NCBI GenBank assembly: GCA_965203325.1
Contig: OZ241875.1
Location: 2,400,001 to 2,464,000, forward strand
From: a bacterium
Lineage (GTDB): Bacteria; UBA8248
Direction of reading: 5' to 3'
DNA length: 64,000 nucleotides
The first letter of the stretch is position 1, and every line of letters starts with the position of its first letter. Shown piece after piece: positions 46,541-58,986 of this stretch. Made by a program: the position numbers and the translations under genes. The notes below the pieces were generated by a model, which ran no database searches, was not told the origin of the DNA, and worked only from the letters and a program-made list of their open reading frames with translations.

Positions 46541-47529
46541 GCCTCTCTCACAATCTTGTTTTTGAGAACCCCGATTCCCTCGATTTCGAGTTCGATGACG
46601 TCGCCGGGTTTTATCCATCTGTCTAGGTCCGCCCCGCAGCCGGTGGCCACGGTGCCTGAGCCGAACATTTCGCCCGGCACGAGTTCTTCCTCCATCGAGG
46701 CGTACTCGATCATCCTGGGCCAGGAGTAGAAGGCGTCTCCCGCGTTGCCGCGGCTCCATTCCTCGCCGTTCACGCGGGCGATCATCACCGCGTCGGTGGG
46801 GTCGAATTCATCCGCCGTGACGACGCATGGGCCGATCGCCGTGCCGAAATCCTTGCCCTTGTGAGGTCCCAGCCAGTTCTTCATCTCACTGATCTGGATG
46901 TCGCGCGCGCTGAAGTCGTTCAGCACGCTGTAGCCGAAAACGTGCTCCATGGCGTTTTCCTGTGTGATGTCCTTGCCGCGCTTTCCGATGAACATGGCGA
47001 GTTCGAGTTCATAGTCGAGTTTTTCGGTGTAGTGCGGCCATTTGAGTTCATCATCCGGGCCGATGATGGTCAGGCGGTTTCCCTTGTAGCAGGAGGGAAG
47101 CTCGTACCAGATGGGGTCGATGGTGGTGTTCCGCCGCCGCGCACCAGCGGCTTTATGGCCCTCGTGGATCAGAAAATCGCGAAACGTGACGGGCCGGGGC
47201 ACCGGAGCGCGCAAACGAATCTCTTGAAGAGAGAAAACGAGTTGCTCACCGCCCGGTCCGCGTCTCGCTGTGTCGGCGAGGATGAATTCCTGCGCAGCCC
47301 GGGCGGCCTGCAGGGATGGCTCCCCACCCGCCATCAATTCGCACATATCCTGGGGAAGCCTGAAGTCTGCGTATTCCCGGAAACGCGGTTCCTCGCCTTG
47401 TTCCTGAAGAAGCGCGGCGTAGCCGTAAGCGAGGTCCATGGCGATTTGCCCGTCGGTACCCTGAGACAGAGCGCCGACGCGGCAGATGCTTCCGAGTGGG
47501 GTGCTGATCTCGAAAGTTACTAGTTTCAT
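46537..47529 (-). CDS. Fumarylacetoacetate hydrolase family protein
   Basis: 'FRDF...EGH', 'YKGN', 'LDYELE', 'NDFSARD.Q', 'KGKDF', 'GSGT'. Confidence 0.92.
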   Translation of the reverse strand: MKLVTFEISTPLGSICRVGALSQGTDGQIAMDLAYGYAALLQEQGEEPRFREYADFRLPQDMCELMAGGEPSLQAARAAQEFILADTARRGPGGEQLVFSLQEIRLRAPVPRPVTFRDFLIHEGHKAAGARRRNTTIDPIWYELPSCYKGNRLTIIGPDDELKWPHYTEKLDYELELAMFIGKRGKDITQENAMEHVFGYSVLNDFSARDIQISEMKNWLGPHKGKDFGTAIGPCVVTADEFDPTDAVMIARVNGEEWSRGNAGDAFYSWPRMIEYASMEEELVPGEMFGSGTVATGCGADLDRWIKPGDVIELEIEGIGVLKNKIVREA

Positions 47530-47679
47530 TGCTCTCTCCATGAATGAGGCAAGCGATACGTGAGTTATCAGATTGCCCGGAAAATAACACAAATCCTCCC
47601 CGCGAGGGGAGGCGAAGCGCACGAAGACCCAAGAGCAAATCTCCTGAATCCAGGAAGTTGTAAAAAATACTTCCGGGGC

Positions 47680-47708
47680 TTGACTTCGGCCATGGCTGTG
47701 GGTAGTTT
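47680..47708 (+). promoter_or_regulatory. sigma70-like promoter of the atp operon
   Basis: TTGACT-17 nt-TAGTTT preceded by an AT-rich UP-like tract. Confidence 0.5.
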
Positions 47709-47851
47709 TAGGCGTTTTTCGGGGCCGTAAATCAAGTCATGTCCCGTTAAACCATACGAATTCATACGCCATTCCCCGACGGTTTTCGTGGAAGCGCCTG
47801 ACCTCATGGGGGTGGGTTTGCGCCCGGCAGGGGCAGGATGCAGAGGAAACG

Positions 47852-48430
47852 ATGGCCCGTCTTTTCCGTTTGAAACGATTCGCTTTCGGCCTGACGCCGG
47901 TTCTCATGCTTCTGGCCGCGCCGTCCGTATCATGGGCGGCGAGCGCACCCACCAGCGGTTTCGGCGCCTGGCTCGCAAGTTTCAACGTGGGAAGCGGCGC
48001 CCTCGTCATCAACCCGGTCGTTATCCTGATTCAGTGGGCCAACTTCCTGATCCTGCTGATCGTTCTCAACAAGATACTCATCAAACCCCTGCTAAACCAC
48101 ATGGAATCGCGCGATGCGCAGATCACCGGCGACCTCAAGACCGCCGAGCGTGACCGAAGCGAGGCGGCGGGCTACATCAGCCAGTACGAGGACGCGCTGG
48201 CGGAAATTCAGCGCGAGAACACCGAAGCCCTTATCGCGCTCCAGCAGGAGATGACCGAGGCGACACGCAATCGCCTCGATGAGATTCGAGAGAGAACGGG
48301 CCGTGAGATCGAGGAAACGCGCCAGTCCATCGCGGCGCAGGCGAAACAGGCGGCCTCCGAACTGGAGGGTGGCGCCGGCCGATTGGCGAGTGAAATCGCC
48401 ACGAGGCTTGCGGGCCGCAGCATCGCATAG
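47852..48430 (+). CDS. atpF: ATP synthase F0 subunit b'
   Basis: 'IQWANFLILLIVLNKILIKPL' TM segment plus coiled coil; first gene of the atp operon. Confidence 0.85.
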   Translation: MARLFRLKRFAFGLTPVLMLLAAPSVSWAASAPTSGFGAWLASFNVGSGALVINPVVILIQWANFLILLIVLNKILIKPLLNHMESRDAQITGDLKTAERDRSEAAGYISQYEDALAEIQRENTEALIALQQEMTEATRNRLDEIRERTGREIEETRQSIAAQAKQAASELEGGAGRLASEIATRLAGRSIA

Positions 48431-48445
48431 AGGATTCGACAAGCC

Positions 48446-49048
48446 GTGTTTTCAGAGAAAAAATTCAGCAGCCTTTCGGGCTTCCTGGTTCTGGCGGCGG
48501 CTCTGCTTTCAGCAGAATGGGTCTGGGCCGCAGAGGCCGGCGCACATCATAAGGCGTTCAGCTTCACCGAGGAGCTCTTCAAGCTCATCAACACGCTCAT
48601 CGTCGTGGGCATTCTCTATAAAGTCGCATATCACCCCATCAGGAACTTCCTGAAGGACAGAAGAGAGGGGATTCGCAAGGCGCTCGAGGATTCCGAGGCG
48701 GCCCGCAAGGAAGCGGAAAAAGAGCTCGCCGAGCAACGCTCCAAGGTGGCCGACCTGGAAGCCGAACTCGTGCGCGTTCGCGAGCAGGGCGGGAAAGAGC
48801 GGGCCGCGATGCGCGAAAGACTTGAAGAAGAACAGGAGAATCAGGCCCAGCGCTTGCTGGAGCAGACGAGAACGACCATTGAGCTCGAGGCTTCCAAGGC
48901 GCGCGCGGAACTTCAGAATCAGGCGGCGAGTCTGGCGTTGGGCCTGGCCGAGGAGATGCTGAAAAAAGAGCTTGGCGAGGCGGATCAGGAAAGATTCGTC
49001 GAGAATTATCTTGCCAGGCTCGACGATAGAAACGGAGGGTCGCTGTGA
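48446..49048 (+). CDS. atpF: ATP synthase F0 subunit b
   Basis: 'FKLIN...LYK...PI.NFL..RREGI' plus coiled coil. Confidence 0.88.
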   Translation: MFSEKKFSSLSGFLVLAAALLSAEWVWAAEAGAHHKAFSFTEELFKLINTLIVVGILYKVAYHPIRNFLKDRREGIRKALEDSEAARKEAEKELAEQRSKVADLEAELVRVREQGGKERAAMRERLEEEQENQAQRLLEQTRTTIELEASKARAELQNQAASLALGLAEEMLKKELGEADQERFVENYLARLDDRNGGSL

Positions 49049-49587
49049 TTGGAGGCGAGGCGGCGCGCCGCTACGCGCGGGCATTGGTGGATATCGCCGA
49101 GAGCCGCGGCGTTCTGGACGAGACCGGAGAGGCGCTGACGGAGATAGCGGGCGAGTTCCAGGGAAACCAGGAGTTGCGGCGCGTTTTGCTCAACCCGCGA
49201 TTCGCGCGCGCCGAACGGGTGAAGATAATCGATGAGATCATGGCCGCATCGGGCGCGAACGAGTTATTGCGCAATTTCGTGCGAGTGGTGGCCGAAAAGG
49301 ACCGCATGGGCGAACTCTCCGATATGGCGCACAGCTACCAGCAGCTTGCGGACGAGAGGCGTGGGCGTGTTCGCGCCCAGGTGAAGACGGCTTATGACAT
49401 GGATGCAGAGGCCATCAAAGGGCTGCGGGCGAAACTCTCCGAGATTACGGGCAGCGAGGTGCTCATGGAGGTGGAGACGGACGAGACGCTTATCGGCGGG
49501 CTGGTCTGCCGTGTGGGCGGCGTCGTCATGGACGGCAGCATCAAGAACCAGCTGCGCAATTTAAGGAATACGTTGATTACGAGTTGA
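49045..49587 (+). CDS. atpH: ATP synthase F1 subunit delta
   Basis: 'ARRYARAL', 'LIGGLV..VG..VMDGS'. Confidence 0.95.
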   Translation: MIGGEAARRYARALVDIAESRGVLDETGEALTEIAGEFQGNQELRRVLLNPRFARAERVKIIDEIMAASGANELLRNFVRVVAEKDRMGELSDMAHSYQQLADERRGRVRAQVKTAYDMDAEAIKGLRAKLSEITGSEVLMEVETDETLIGGLVCRVGGVVMDGSIKNQLRNLRNTLITS

Positions 49588-49624
49588 TACTCTCTGAACA
49601 AATTGAAGGATCAAGGGGGCAATC

Positions 49625-51166
<1,542 letters not shown>

Positions 51167-51173
51167 GTGGAAA

Positions 51174-52055
51174 ATGGCCTCTACCAGAGATTACAAGCGC
51201 CGCATACGCAGCGTAAAAAACACCCAGCAGATCACACGGGCGATGAAGCTCGTTGCGGCCTCGAAGGTGCGCAGGGCGCAGGAGCGCATCGAGAGCGCCC
51301 GGCCATACAGCGAGAAGATGGAGGAACTGGTGAACTCGCTGGCCGCAAAGGTATCGGCGGACACGCACCCCCTTCTTCGAGACGACATGAAGGACGATCG
51401 CGTGCTTCTGCTCGTCATCACCTCGGACAAGGGCCTTTGCGGCGGCTACAACACCAACCTGCTTCGCCAGGCATTTCAGTTCCTGAGGAAGCGCGAGGAA
51501 GAGGGCAAGGAGACCGAGATCGTCGTCGTGGGCCGCAAGGGCCGCGATTTCCTGGCGCGACGGGAGTTTGCGTTCAAGGAGCAGTTCACGGACGTTTACG
51601 GGAAGATCGACTTCGCCCTCGCCACCCAACTGGCCGAGCTTATGACCAGGGCGTATCTCGAAGAGGGCTTCGATGAGGTTCACATCATCACCACGGAGTT
51701 TCGCACGATTCTGAGCCAGAGCCCGAGGCTCTCGCGGCTTTTGCCTCTGGCGCCTCCGGTGCCCGATTCGCTCGACGATCAGGGCGAGCCCGTGGCGGCG
51801 GAATACATTTACGAGCCCTCGATGGAGGGCGTGCTGGACAGCATCCTGCCGAGGCACGTGCGGGTGCAGATCTACAGGTCGCTTCTCGACGCGGAGGCGA
51901 GCGAGTTCGGCGCCCGCATGACGGCGATGGACAACGCGTCCAGAAACGCCGAGGAGATGATAGGGACGCTGACGTTGCAGATGAACCGCGTGCGCCAGGC
52001 TTCGATCACCACGGAGTTGCTCGAAGTGGTGGCCGGCGCCGATGCGCTGGCGTAG
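51174..52055 (+). CDS. atpG: ATP synthase F1 subunit gamma
   Basis: 'ITRAMKLVAASK', 'DKGLCG', 'ARMTAM', 'RQASITTEL'. Confidence 0.99.
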   Translation: MASTRDYKRRIRSVKNTQQITRAMKLVAASKVRRAQERIESARPYSEKMEELVNSLAAKVSADTHPLLRDDMKDDRVLLLVITSDKGLCGGYNTNLLRQAFQFLRKREEEGKETEIVVVGRKGRDFLARREFAFKEQFTDVYGKIDFALATQLAELMTRAYLEEGFDEVHIITTEFRTILSQSPRLSRLLPLAPPVPDSLDDQGEPVAAEYIYEPSMEGVLDSILPRHVRVQIYRSLLDAEASEFGARMTAMDNASRNAEEMIGTLTLQMNRVRQASITTELLEVVAGADALA

Positions 52056-52102
52056 AGGATTACGGATCAGAGAAAACAACCCCGAAAAGAGCCGACTGAT
52101 GA

Positions 52103-53563
<1,461 letters not shown>

Positions 53564-53567
53564 GAGA

Positions 53568-53993
53568 ATGGTTGAAGGCAAGATGATGCTCGACATCGTA
53601 ACGCCCGAGCGCAAGCTCGTCTCCGCCGAGGTGGACGAGGTGACGGCCCCGGGGTTTTACGGCGAGTTCGGCGTATTGTCCCAGCACACGCCCTACCTGT
53701 GCCAGCTAGGCGTCGGGGTGCTCAGCTACCGCACGGGCAGCGCGCGGTATTTCGTCTCCATCATTGAGGGATACGCCGAGGTGGGCCCCGACAAGATAAC
53801 CATCCTGGCGGAGAGCGCCGAACGGGCCGAAGACATCGACGCCGGGCGCGCACAGGAATCGCGCCAACGCGCGCAGGAACGCATGGCGGGTCAGAAGGCC
53901 GAGGAAGAACTCGATTTCGATCGGGCCGAGCTGGCTCTGAAGCGCGCCATCACCCGCATTTCCGTGGCGAACCAAAGCGGGCTCAACAACTAG
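53568..53993 (+). CDS. atpC: ATP synthase F1 subunit epsilon
   Basis: 'LDIVTPER', 'GEFGVL..HTP', 'ILAESAE', C-terminal helix pair. Confidence 0.97.
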   Translation: MVEGKMMLDIVTPERKLVSAEVDEVTAPGFYGEFGVLSQHTPYLCQLGVGVLSYRTGSARYFVSIIEGYAEVGPDKITILAESAERAEDIDAGRAQESRQRAQERMAGQKAEEELDFDRAELALKRAITRISVANQSGLNN

Positions 53994-54007
53994 CGGGTAT
54001 TTCACTT

Positions 54008-54054
54008 GGGGGCTGTCGCTCACCCGAAGGGGTGAATGACGGCCCTCTTTTTTT
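54008..54054 (+). terminator. Rho-independent terminator of the atp operon
   Basis: GGGGGCTGTCG...TGACGGCCCTC stem with inner TCACCC/GGGTGA, followed by T7. Confidence 0.8.
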
Positions 54055-54160
54055 GTCGTATACCTGAGCCTGAAAGTAGCGTTCGATCATTGATGCGGAC
54101 GCGCGCAATCCCTTGATTTGCCGCCTTGAGAGAAAGTTTCGTTTTTCAGGAGATGATGCC

Positions 54161-54604
54161 ATGAAGATTTTATCCTTCGTTGCTCTCGCGTTCGTGATGT
54201 CGCTCGCCATGGCGGCGCCCTCTCATCCGGCAGGGGATCCCAAACCCGAGATGGCCGGACAGAATTATGCGCAAGGAGAGGAGAAGGCGCGAGAAGGAAA
54301 ATGGGCGGAGGCGGCGGCTCTTTTCCGGAAGGTGATCGAAGAAGACGGGCAGCATTATAAAGCCTTCAACATGTTGGGTTATTCCTTGAGGAAGATGGGC
54401 AAGGCGAAAGAGGCCATCGCCGCCTACGACAGGGCGCTCTCCATCAAGCCCGACTATGCGCCTGCCCTGGAATACAGGGGTGTCGCCCACGTCATGGCCG
54501 GGAACAAGGCGGCCGCCCTGGCGGATTTAGGAAAACTCAAGAGCCTGGGTTCTCCCCTCGCCGAGGATCTCGAAAAGAAAATCGCGGCCATGCCGGCCAA
54601 CTGA
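54161..54604 (+). CDS. Secreted tetratricopeptide repeat protein
   Basis: Signal peptide; TPR patterns 'AFNMLGYSLRKMG..EAIAAYDRAL..KPDY..ALEYRG'. Confidence 0.88.
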   Translation: MKILSFVALAFVMSLAMAAPSHPAGDPKPEMAGQNYAQGEEKAREGKWAEAAALFRKVIEEDGQHYKAFNMLGYSLRKMGKAKEAIAAYDRALSIKPDYAPALEYRGVAHVMAGNKAAALADLGKLKSLGSPLAEDLEKKIAAMPAN

Positions 54605-54617
54605 TTCTCTTGATCAT

Positions 54618-54658
54618 AAAAAGCCGCCCCGCAGGATGAGCCTGCAGAGCGGCTTTTT
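54618..54658. terminator. Bidirectional terminator between convergent genes
   Basis: AAAAAGCCGC...GCGGCTTTTT with inner GCAGG/CCTGC. Confidence 0.75.
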
Positions 54659-55847
54659 ATATGCGCATGAACTTCATGGGAAATTTCTGGAGGGCGCGCG
54701 CGCCGGTTTTGGTGACTTCCACAAGGTTCCCCACCTGAAGGCCACGCTTGCCGTCCGCCGTGCAGACGTTGGGCTGAATCACCATGAGCATGCCTTCGGT
54801 GAAGGTGATTTCGTTCTGGGGCCGCTTGAGGATGGTGGCGGCCACGTCGACGCGGGGGTTTTCAATGAGCAGCCCCCAGCCGTGGAAGGTGGTGTCGAAG
54901 GTGGTGAAGCCCTCCTCCTCGATGATGGCACCCGCGCGCTTGATGTCCTCGTGCGTATTGCCCGGTTTCAACGCCTCGAGTATCCGCTCGTAGGCCTCCA
55001 CGCCTACCTCGTAGAGTTTCCGGTAGATGGGCGTCGGCTCCACTCCGACGGAGATGGGCCGGTGCGCCTGGCCGGGGTGCATCTCGTAATCGGCGGATAA
55101 CTCCGTCAGCACGATGTCGCCTTTTCTGATCTTGCGGTGCGATGGGAACTGGTTCGGGAAGATCAGCTGCGGTCTCGCCATGGAGGTCGAACCCACGAAG
55201 ATGAGTTGCGGGCTTCCGCCTTTGGGCACATATGCGCCGGAGATGGTGGCGGCGAGTTCGAACTCGCTCATGCCTATCTTTGCTTTTTTATCCAGCGCCT
55301 CAAAGGCCATGTCCGTGAGCGCCGCGCCGCGCCGGAACCACTTGAGTTCCTCGCGGCTTTTGATGAGCCTCACTTCGGCGAGAATGTCCGAAGCGTCTGT
55401 AAAGCTCGCGCCCTTGAGAGCCTTGCGCCAGTGATCCACCACGCTGAACGGCATGGAGACGGGCAGGATCCCCCGAAAACCGACGAGGCCGATGGTTCCC
55501 TTGTCGAGCCCCAGTTCGCGGATGCGTCCTTCGACCTTAAGGCCCGGTTCGTAGTCTACGGCCTCTGTTTTCGCGATGATGCTCATCTTTTTGGCGTAAG
55601 GGAGATAAAGCCGGTTCGAGATGAAAAGAGCGGGCGCGCCCCTGAGCGGAAAGACGAAGAAGCTGCTCACCGGGTCCTTGTAGTTCGTGACGTATTTGAG
55701 GTTGGCCTGGTTGCCGCCCTGCATCCCCGAATCTCCGTAGAAGATGAGGACGTCGATTCCCCGCGCGCGCATCCTTTTTCTGATCTCGCGGTAGCGGCGG
55801 GCGTATTCGGTTTTCGGGTAGCGGGGAAAGTCTCTTGCAGAGGCCAT
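54657..55847 (-). CDS. M24 (pita-bread fold) family protein, creatinase-like, metal ligands not conserved
   Basis: Creatinase-N-like start 'EYARRY', 'RLIKSREE', 'HGWGL', 'GMLMVIQPN', 'VEVTKTG'. Confidence 0.85.
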   Translation of the reverse strand: MASARDFPRYPKTEYARRYREIRKRMRARGIDVLIFYGDSGMQGGNQANLKYVTNYKDPVSSFFVFPLRGAPALFISNRLYLPYAKKMSIIAKTEAVDYEPGLKVEGRIRELGLDKGTIGLVGFRGILPVSMPFSVVDHWRKALKGASFTDASDILAEVRLIKSREELKWFRRGAALTDMAFEALDKKAKIGMSEFELAATISGAYVPKGGSPQLIFVGSTSMARPQLIFPNQFPSHRKIRKGDIVLTELSADYEMHPGQAHRPISVGVEPTPIYRKLYEVGVEAYERILEALKPGNTHEDIKRAGAIIEEEGFTTFDTTFHGWGLLIENPRVDVAATILKRPQNEITFTEGMLMVIQPNVCTADGKRGLQVGNLVEVTKTGARALQKFPMKFMRI

Positions 55848-55878
55848 ACGAGAGTCTCCTTCCGGGTTTGGGAGCGTC

Positions 55879-56886
55879 CTATGCTTTCAGCGCGGGCATG
55901 AGCTCGTCGGAAATGAGCCGCGCGCTCTCGAGCGCCGAGGAAGCGGGCATGCCGATCCAGTGCGTACGGATGATGAGGTGGTTCACGCCCATGTCCTTGT
56001 AGGGTTTGAGTTGCTCGTAGCAATCCTCCGGCGAACCGATGACGAAGCGGTCCTTGAGCAGATCCTCGAAGGGCTGGTCGAAGGTCTCATCCTCAGGCAG
56101 GGCCTTGTCCTGCCCCCAGCGGGCGTAGTCCTTGTATTTCTGCCCGAGATAGGGGCCGGCGAGTTCGAGCGCCGTTTTCCTGTCCTTGGCGCAGAAGACC
56201 TCCTTCATGCAGGGAAGCTCCTCAGGCATGGATTTTCCCGCCTCCGCCAGGCCTTCGCGGTAGACATCCATCTGGCGCGCGATGGTCTGCGTGGTGGCGT
56301 GGGGATTGATGAGAAGGGTATCGCCCAAGTGCGCCGCGCGCTTCACGGCCGGGTCGCTGTTCGCCGCGAACCAGATGGGCGGATGCGGCTTCTGCACGGG
56401 GCGCATGTTCATGCGCACGTCTTTCAGCGTGCAGTATTCGCTCTCGAACGAAACGGATTCTTCCGTCCACAGGCGCTTGACCAGTTCGAGGCAGTCCACG
56501 AAGCGTTTCACCCGCTCGCCCCGCCGGACGCCGAAGGCGTCGAACTCCACGTCGCGGTAGCCGAGGCCGACGCCGAACGCCATATTACCCTCGGCGATGA
56601 CGTCCATGGTGGCGACGGTCTCCGCCACGTAGACCGGGTTGTGCAGATTGATGAGCAAGACGCCGAGGCCGAGCATCATGTCGCCCGCCTCGGCCTTTAA
56701 GCGCGCGAGAAAGGGCAGGTTCTGCAGGTGCTGCACGTTCCCCTCGCTCAGGTAGTGCTGGCCGGTGAAAAAAGAATCCCAACCCTTGTCACGCGTAAGG
56801 CGAACAAGATCGATTTGAGAGTGAAAGGCTTCTACGAGATTGGCGTCCAGGTTCTGCTGCGCGGACAAAAAGATGCCGAATTTCAT
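55879..56886 (-). CDS. LLM-class flavin-dependent oxidoreductase (luciferase-like)
   Basis: 'MKFGIF', 'GQHY', 'NPVYVAE..AT.D', 'GVGLGYR..EF', 'PVQKPHPPIW', 'GSPED'. Confidence 0.92.
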   Translation of the reverse strand: MKFGIFLSAQQNLDANLVEAFHSQIDLVRLTRDKGWDSFFTGQHYLSEGNVQHLQNLPFLARLKAEAGDMMLGLGVLLINLHNPVYVAETVATMDVIAEGNMAFGVGLGYRDVEFDAFGVRRGERVKRFVDCLELVKRLWTEESVSFESEYCTLKDVRMNMRPVQKPHPPIWFAANSDPAVKRAAHLGDTLLINPHATTQTIARQMDVYREGLAEAGKSMPEELPCMKEVFCAKDRKTALELAGPYLGQKYKDYARWGQDKALPEDETFDQPFEDLLKDRFVIGSPEDCYEQLKPYKDMGVNHLIIRTHWIGMPASSALESARLISDELMPALKA

Positions 56887-56925
56887 GTCTGAACCTCAGA
56901 AAAAGCGGTTTACCCTTGAAGGTGC

Positions 56926-56961
56926 AAAAAAACCGCGGGGGGCGTCGAGCACCCCCCGCGG
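56926..56961 (-). terminator. Rho-independent terminator after SBP copy 1
   Basis: Minus strand CCGCGGGGGG/CCCCCCGCGG stem followed by T7. Confidence 0.75.
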
Positions 56962-56984
56962 CGTGATGCAGCGAAAACGCCCGC

Positions 56985-58514
56985 CTAGTTCATGCCGAGC
57001 ACTTCGATCTCCCAGGGGAGAAGCGTCTCGTCGTGGCGCGGGGTCCACCTGAGGTTCGCCCGGTGGCCGAGCACGTCGTGGATCTTCACGACGATCTTGT
57101 GCGTGGCCAGCGCTTTCATCTTGTCGGTCACGGCCTCGAACGCCATTTGCTGTTTTTTCTCGTCTACAGTGGCGTTGGCCTTGTCGATCAGAGCGTCCAG
57201 CTCCTTGAAGCACATGCCGCTCCAAGCACCTTTGCAGCTCGACGTTCCGCGAAGCACGCCGGAGGAATCACCTCCACCGTTACCGAAGCCCATGTAGTAG
57301 GCGGCGGCGCCCTTCTTCTTGCCGGCCTTGTAGGCGCGGTGGAGCTTCTTGAAGAGCGGGAAGCGCTGGGAGTTGCACGTGGCGTTTACGCCGACTTTCT
57401 TGACCATCCCGGCGATGGCCTCACACGTGGCCTTGTCGCCCGGGTAGCGGCCGTTCGTGGCGACGATTTCCATCTTGAAGCCCTTTTCGTGGCCGGCTTC
57501 CTTCAAGAGGGCCTTCGCCTTGGCCGGGTCGTAGCCGTACCATTTCTTCTTGGGGTTGTAGCCCGAGTAGTTCCAGGGATGGAGCATCTGGCCGAAGAGG
57601 TCGGCGCGCCCGCCCAGGATGGTCGTGCGAATGGCTTCGGCGTCGATGGCGTAGTTGATCGCCTGACGCACCTTCACGTTGGCCATCGGGCCGCCGTGTC
57701 TCGTGAAGAATCCCATGTGCATGATGCGCACGGCGGGGACGACGGCGACTGCCGTTTTCGGGTTTTTCTCGAGCTGGGGGATAAACTGCGGCATGATGCC
57801 CCAGGCCACGTCGATCTCGCCCGCCTGCAGCGCCTTGGCGCGCGTGGCGCTCTCGCGGATGCGGCGGAGGACGATTCGCTGCGGCCGTTTCGGGAAATTC
57901 TTGTTGTTCCACCAGTTCGGGTTCGCGTCGAACACCATCTTCTGGCCCTTGGTCCAGGACTTGAGGACGTAGGGACCCGTGCCGTAGGTGTTGCGCGAGA
58001 TGTGGGCGAGTTCCATGCCCTTGGTCTTGAGGCTGATGGAGCCGGCCCAGCGGGTCAGGCGGTTCCACATACCGCTGTCGGGCTGTTTGTTGTGGTAGAT
58101 GAAGGTGTTGTCGTCGAGAATTTCGATTTTATCGAAGTTCTTGAAGTAAGTTCTCTGGCGCGCGGATTTCAAGACACGGGTCATCGTGTACTTGAAGTTT
58201 TCCGCCGTCAGGCGTGTGCCGTCCGAGAACTTGACGCCCTTCCTCAGATGGAACTTCGCGCTCTTGGGGGTTACTTTCACCCACTTCGTGGCGAGCCAGG
58301 GCTTTTTCGCGCCCGTTCCGGTCTCGGCGTGAATAAGGGTGTCATAGCTCCAACGCCAGACCATCGCGCCGATGAAGTTCGAGACGCGGTGCGGGTCCAT
58401 CGTCGGGGGTTCGCCCGTCAGGGCGATGGTGACGGTGCTTTTCGCGTCAGCCGTCACGGGTGCGCCCATCGCCAGAACCGCGAAGACGGCCAGGATTACG
58501 AGAAACTTCCGCAT
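56985..58514 (-). CDS. Family 5 ABC substrate-binding protein, copy 1
   Basis: Signal peptide, 'EPPTMDPH', 'LRKGVKFSDG', 'GTGPY', 'VRQAINYAID'; AGGAGG SD. Confidence 0.93.
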   Translation of the reverse strand: MRKFLVILAVFAVLAMGAPVTADAKSTVTIALTGEPPTMDPHRVSNFIGAMVWRWSYDTLIHAETGTGAKKPWLATKWVKVTPKSAKFHLRKGVKFSDGTRLTAENFKYTMTRVLKSARQRTYFKNFDKIEILDDNTFIYHNKQPDSGMWNRLTRWAGSISLKTKGMELAHISRNTYGTGPYVLKSWTKGQKMVFDANPNWWNNKNFPKRPQRIVLRRIRESATRAKALQAGEIDVAWGIMPQFIPQLEKNPKTAVAVVPAVRIMHMGFFTRHGGPMANVKVRQAINYAIDAEAIRTTILGGRADLFGQMLHPWNYSGYNPKKKWYGYDPAKAKALLKEAGHEKGFKMEIVATNGRYPGDKATCEAIAGMVKKVGVNATCNSQRFPLFKKLHRAYKAGKKKGAAAYYMGFGNGGGDSSGVLRGTSSCKGAWSGMCFKELDALIDKANATVDEKKQQMAFEAVTDKMKALATHKIVVKIHDVLGHRANLRWTPRHDETLLPWEIEVLGMN

Positions 58515-58842
58515 AGGTTTTCCTCCTTTAGGGGGACAGGTTGCAATACCCGCCCCGGTGAAGAACAAATACACCTTTTTGGTTCCTTGAGAGAGTTACG
58601 TCACTTTTTCCCTTTTGTTGTATATCAAAAATCTATCACGGATGAGAATAAAACGTCAAAACAGGAAAACGACTTATCTCCGCCCGGATTCCTGGTGAAC
58701 GCGGGGTGTAAGTAGTGAAAGCCGGGATATGGTGCATGTCCCCCGCAACGCGAAATGTATGAATGCGTCCAATGCTTCAACGAGAAGGAGGCTTCTTGGT
58801 GGAGAACGTAATGGGCTCGTGGCTTCGGAATTTCGGGGAGCG

Positions 58843-58890
58843 CTATCTTGGCCGCAGTTGTTGAGCGGGCAAAAAAATGCCGAATTTCAT
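58843..58890 (-). pseudogene. Truncated 5' copy of the LLM oxidoreductase gene
   Basis: MKFGIFLPAQQLRPR* versus MKFGIFLSAQQNL... of 55879-56886, in the same position relative to the SBP terminator. Confidence 0.75.
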
Positions 58891-58928
58891 GGTTGAACCT
58901 CGAAGATGAGCGGTTAATTCGTGAAGGT

Positions 58929-58963
58929 AAAAAAAACCGCGGGGGCGTCGAGCACCCCCGCGG
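58929..58963 (-). terminator. Rho-independent terminator after SBP copy 2
   Basis: Near-identical to 56926-56961. Confidence 0.75.
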
Positions 58964-58986
58964 CGTGATGCAGCGAAAATGCCCGC

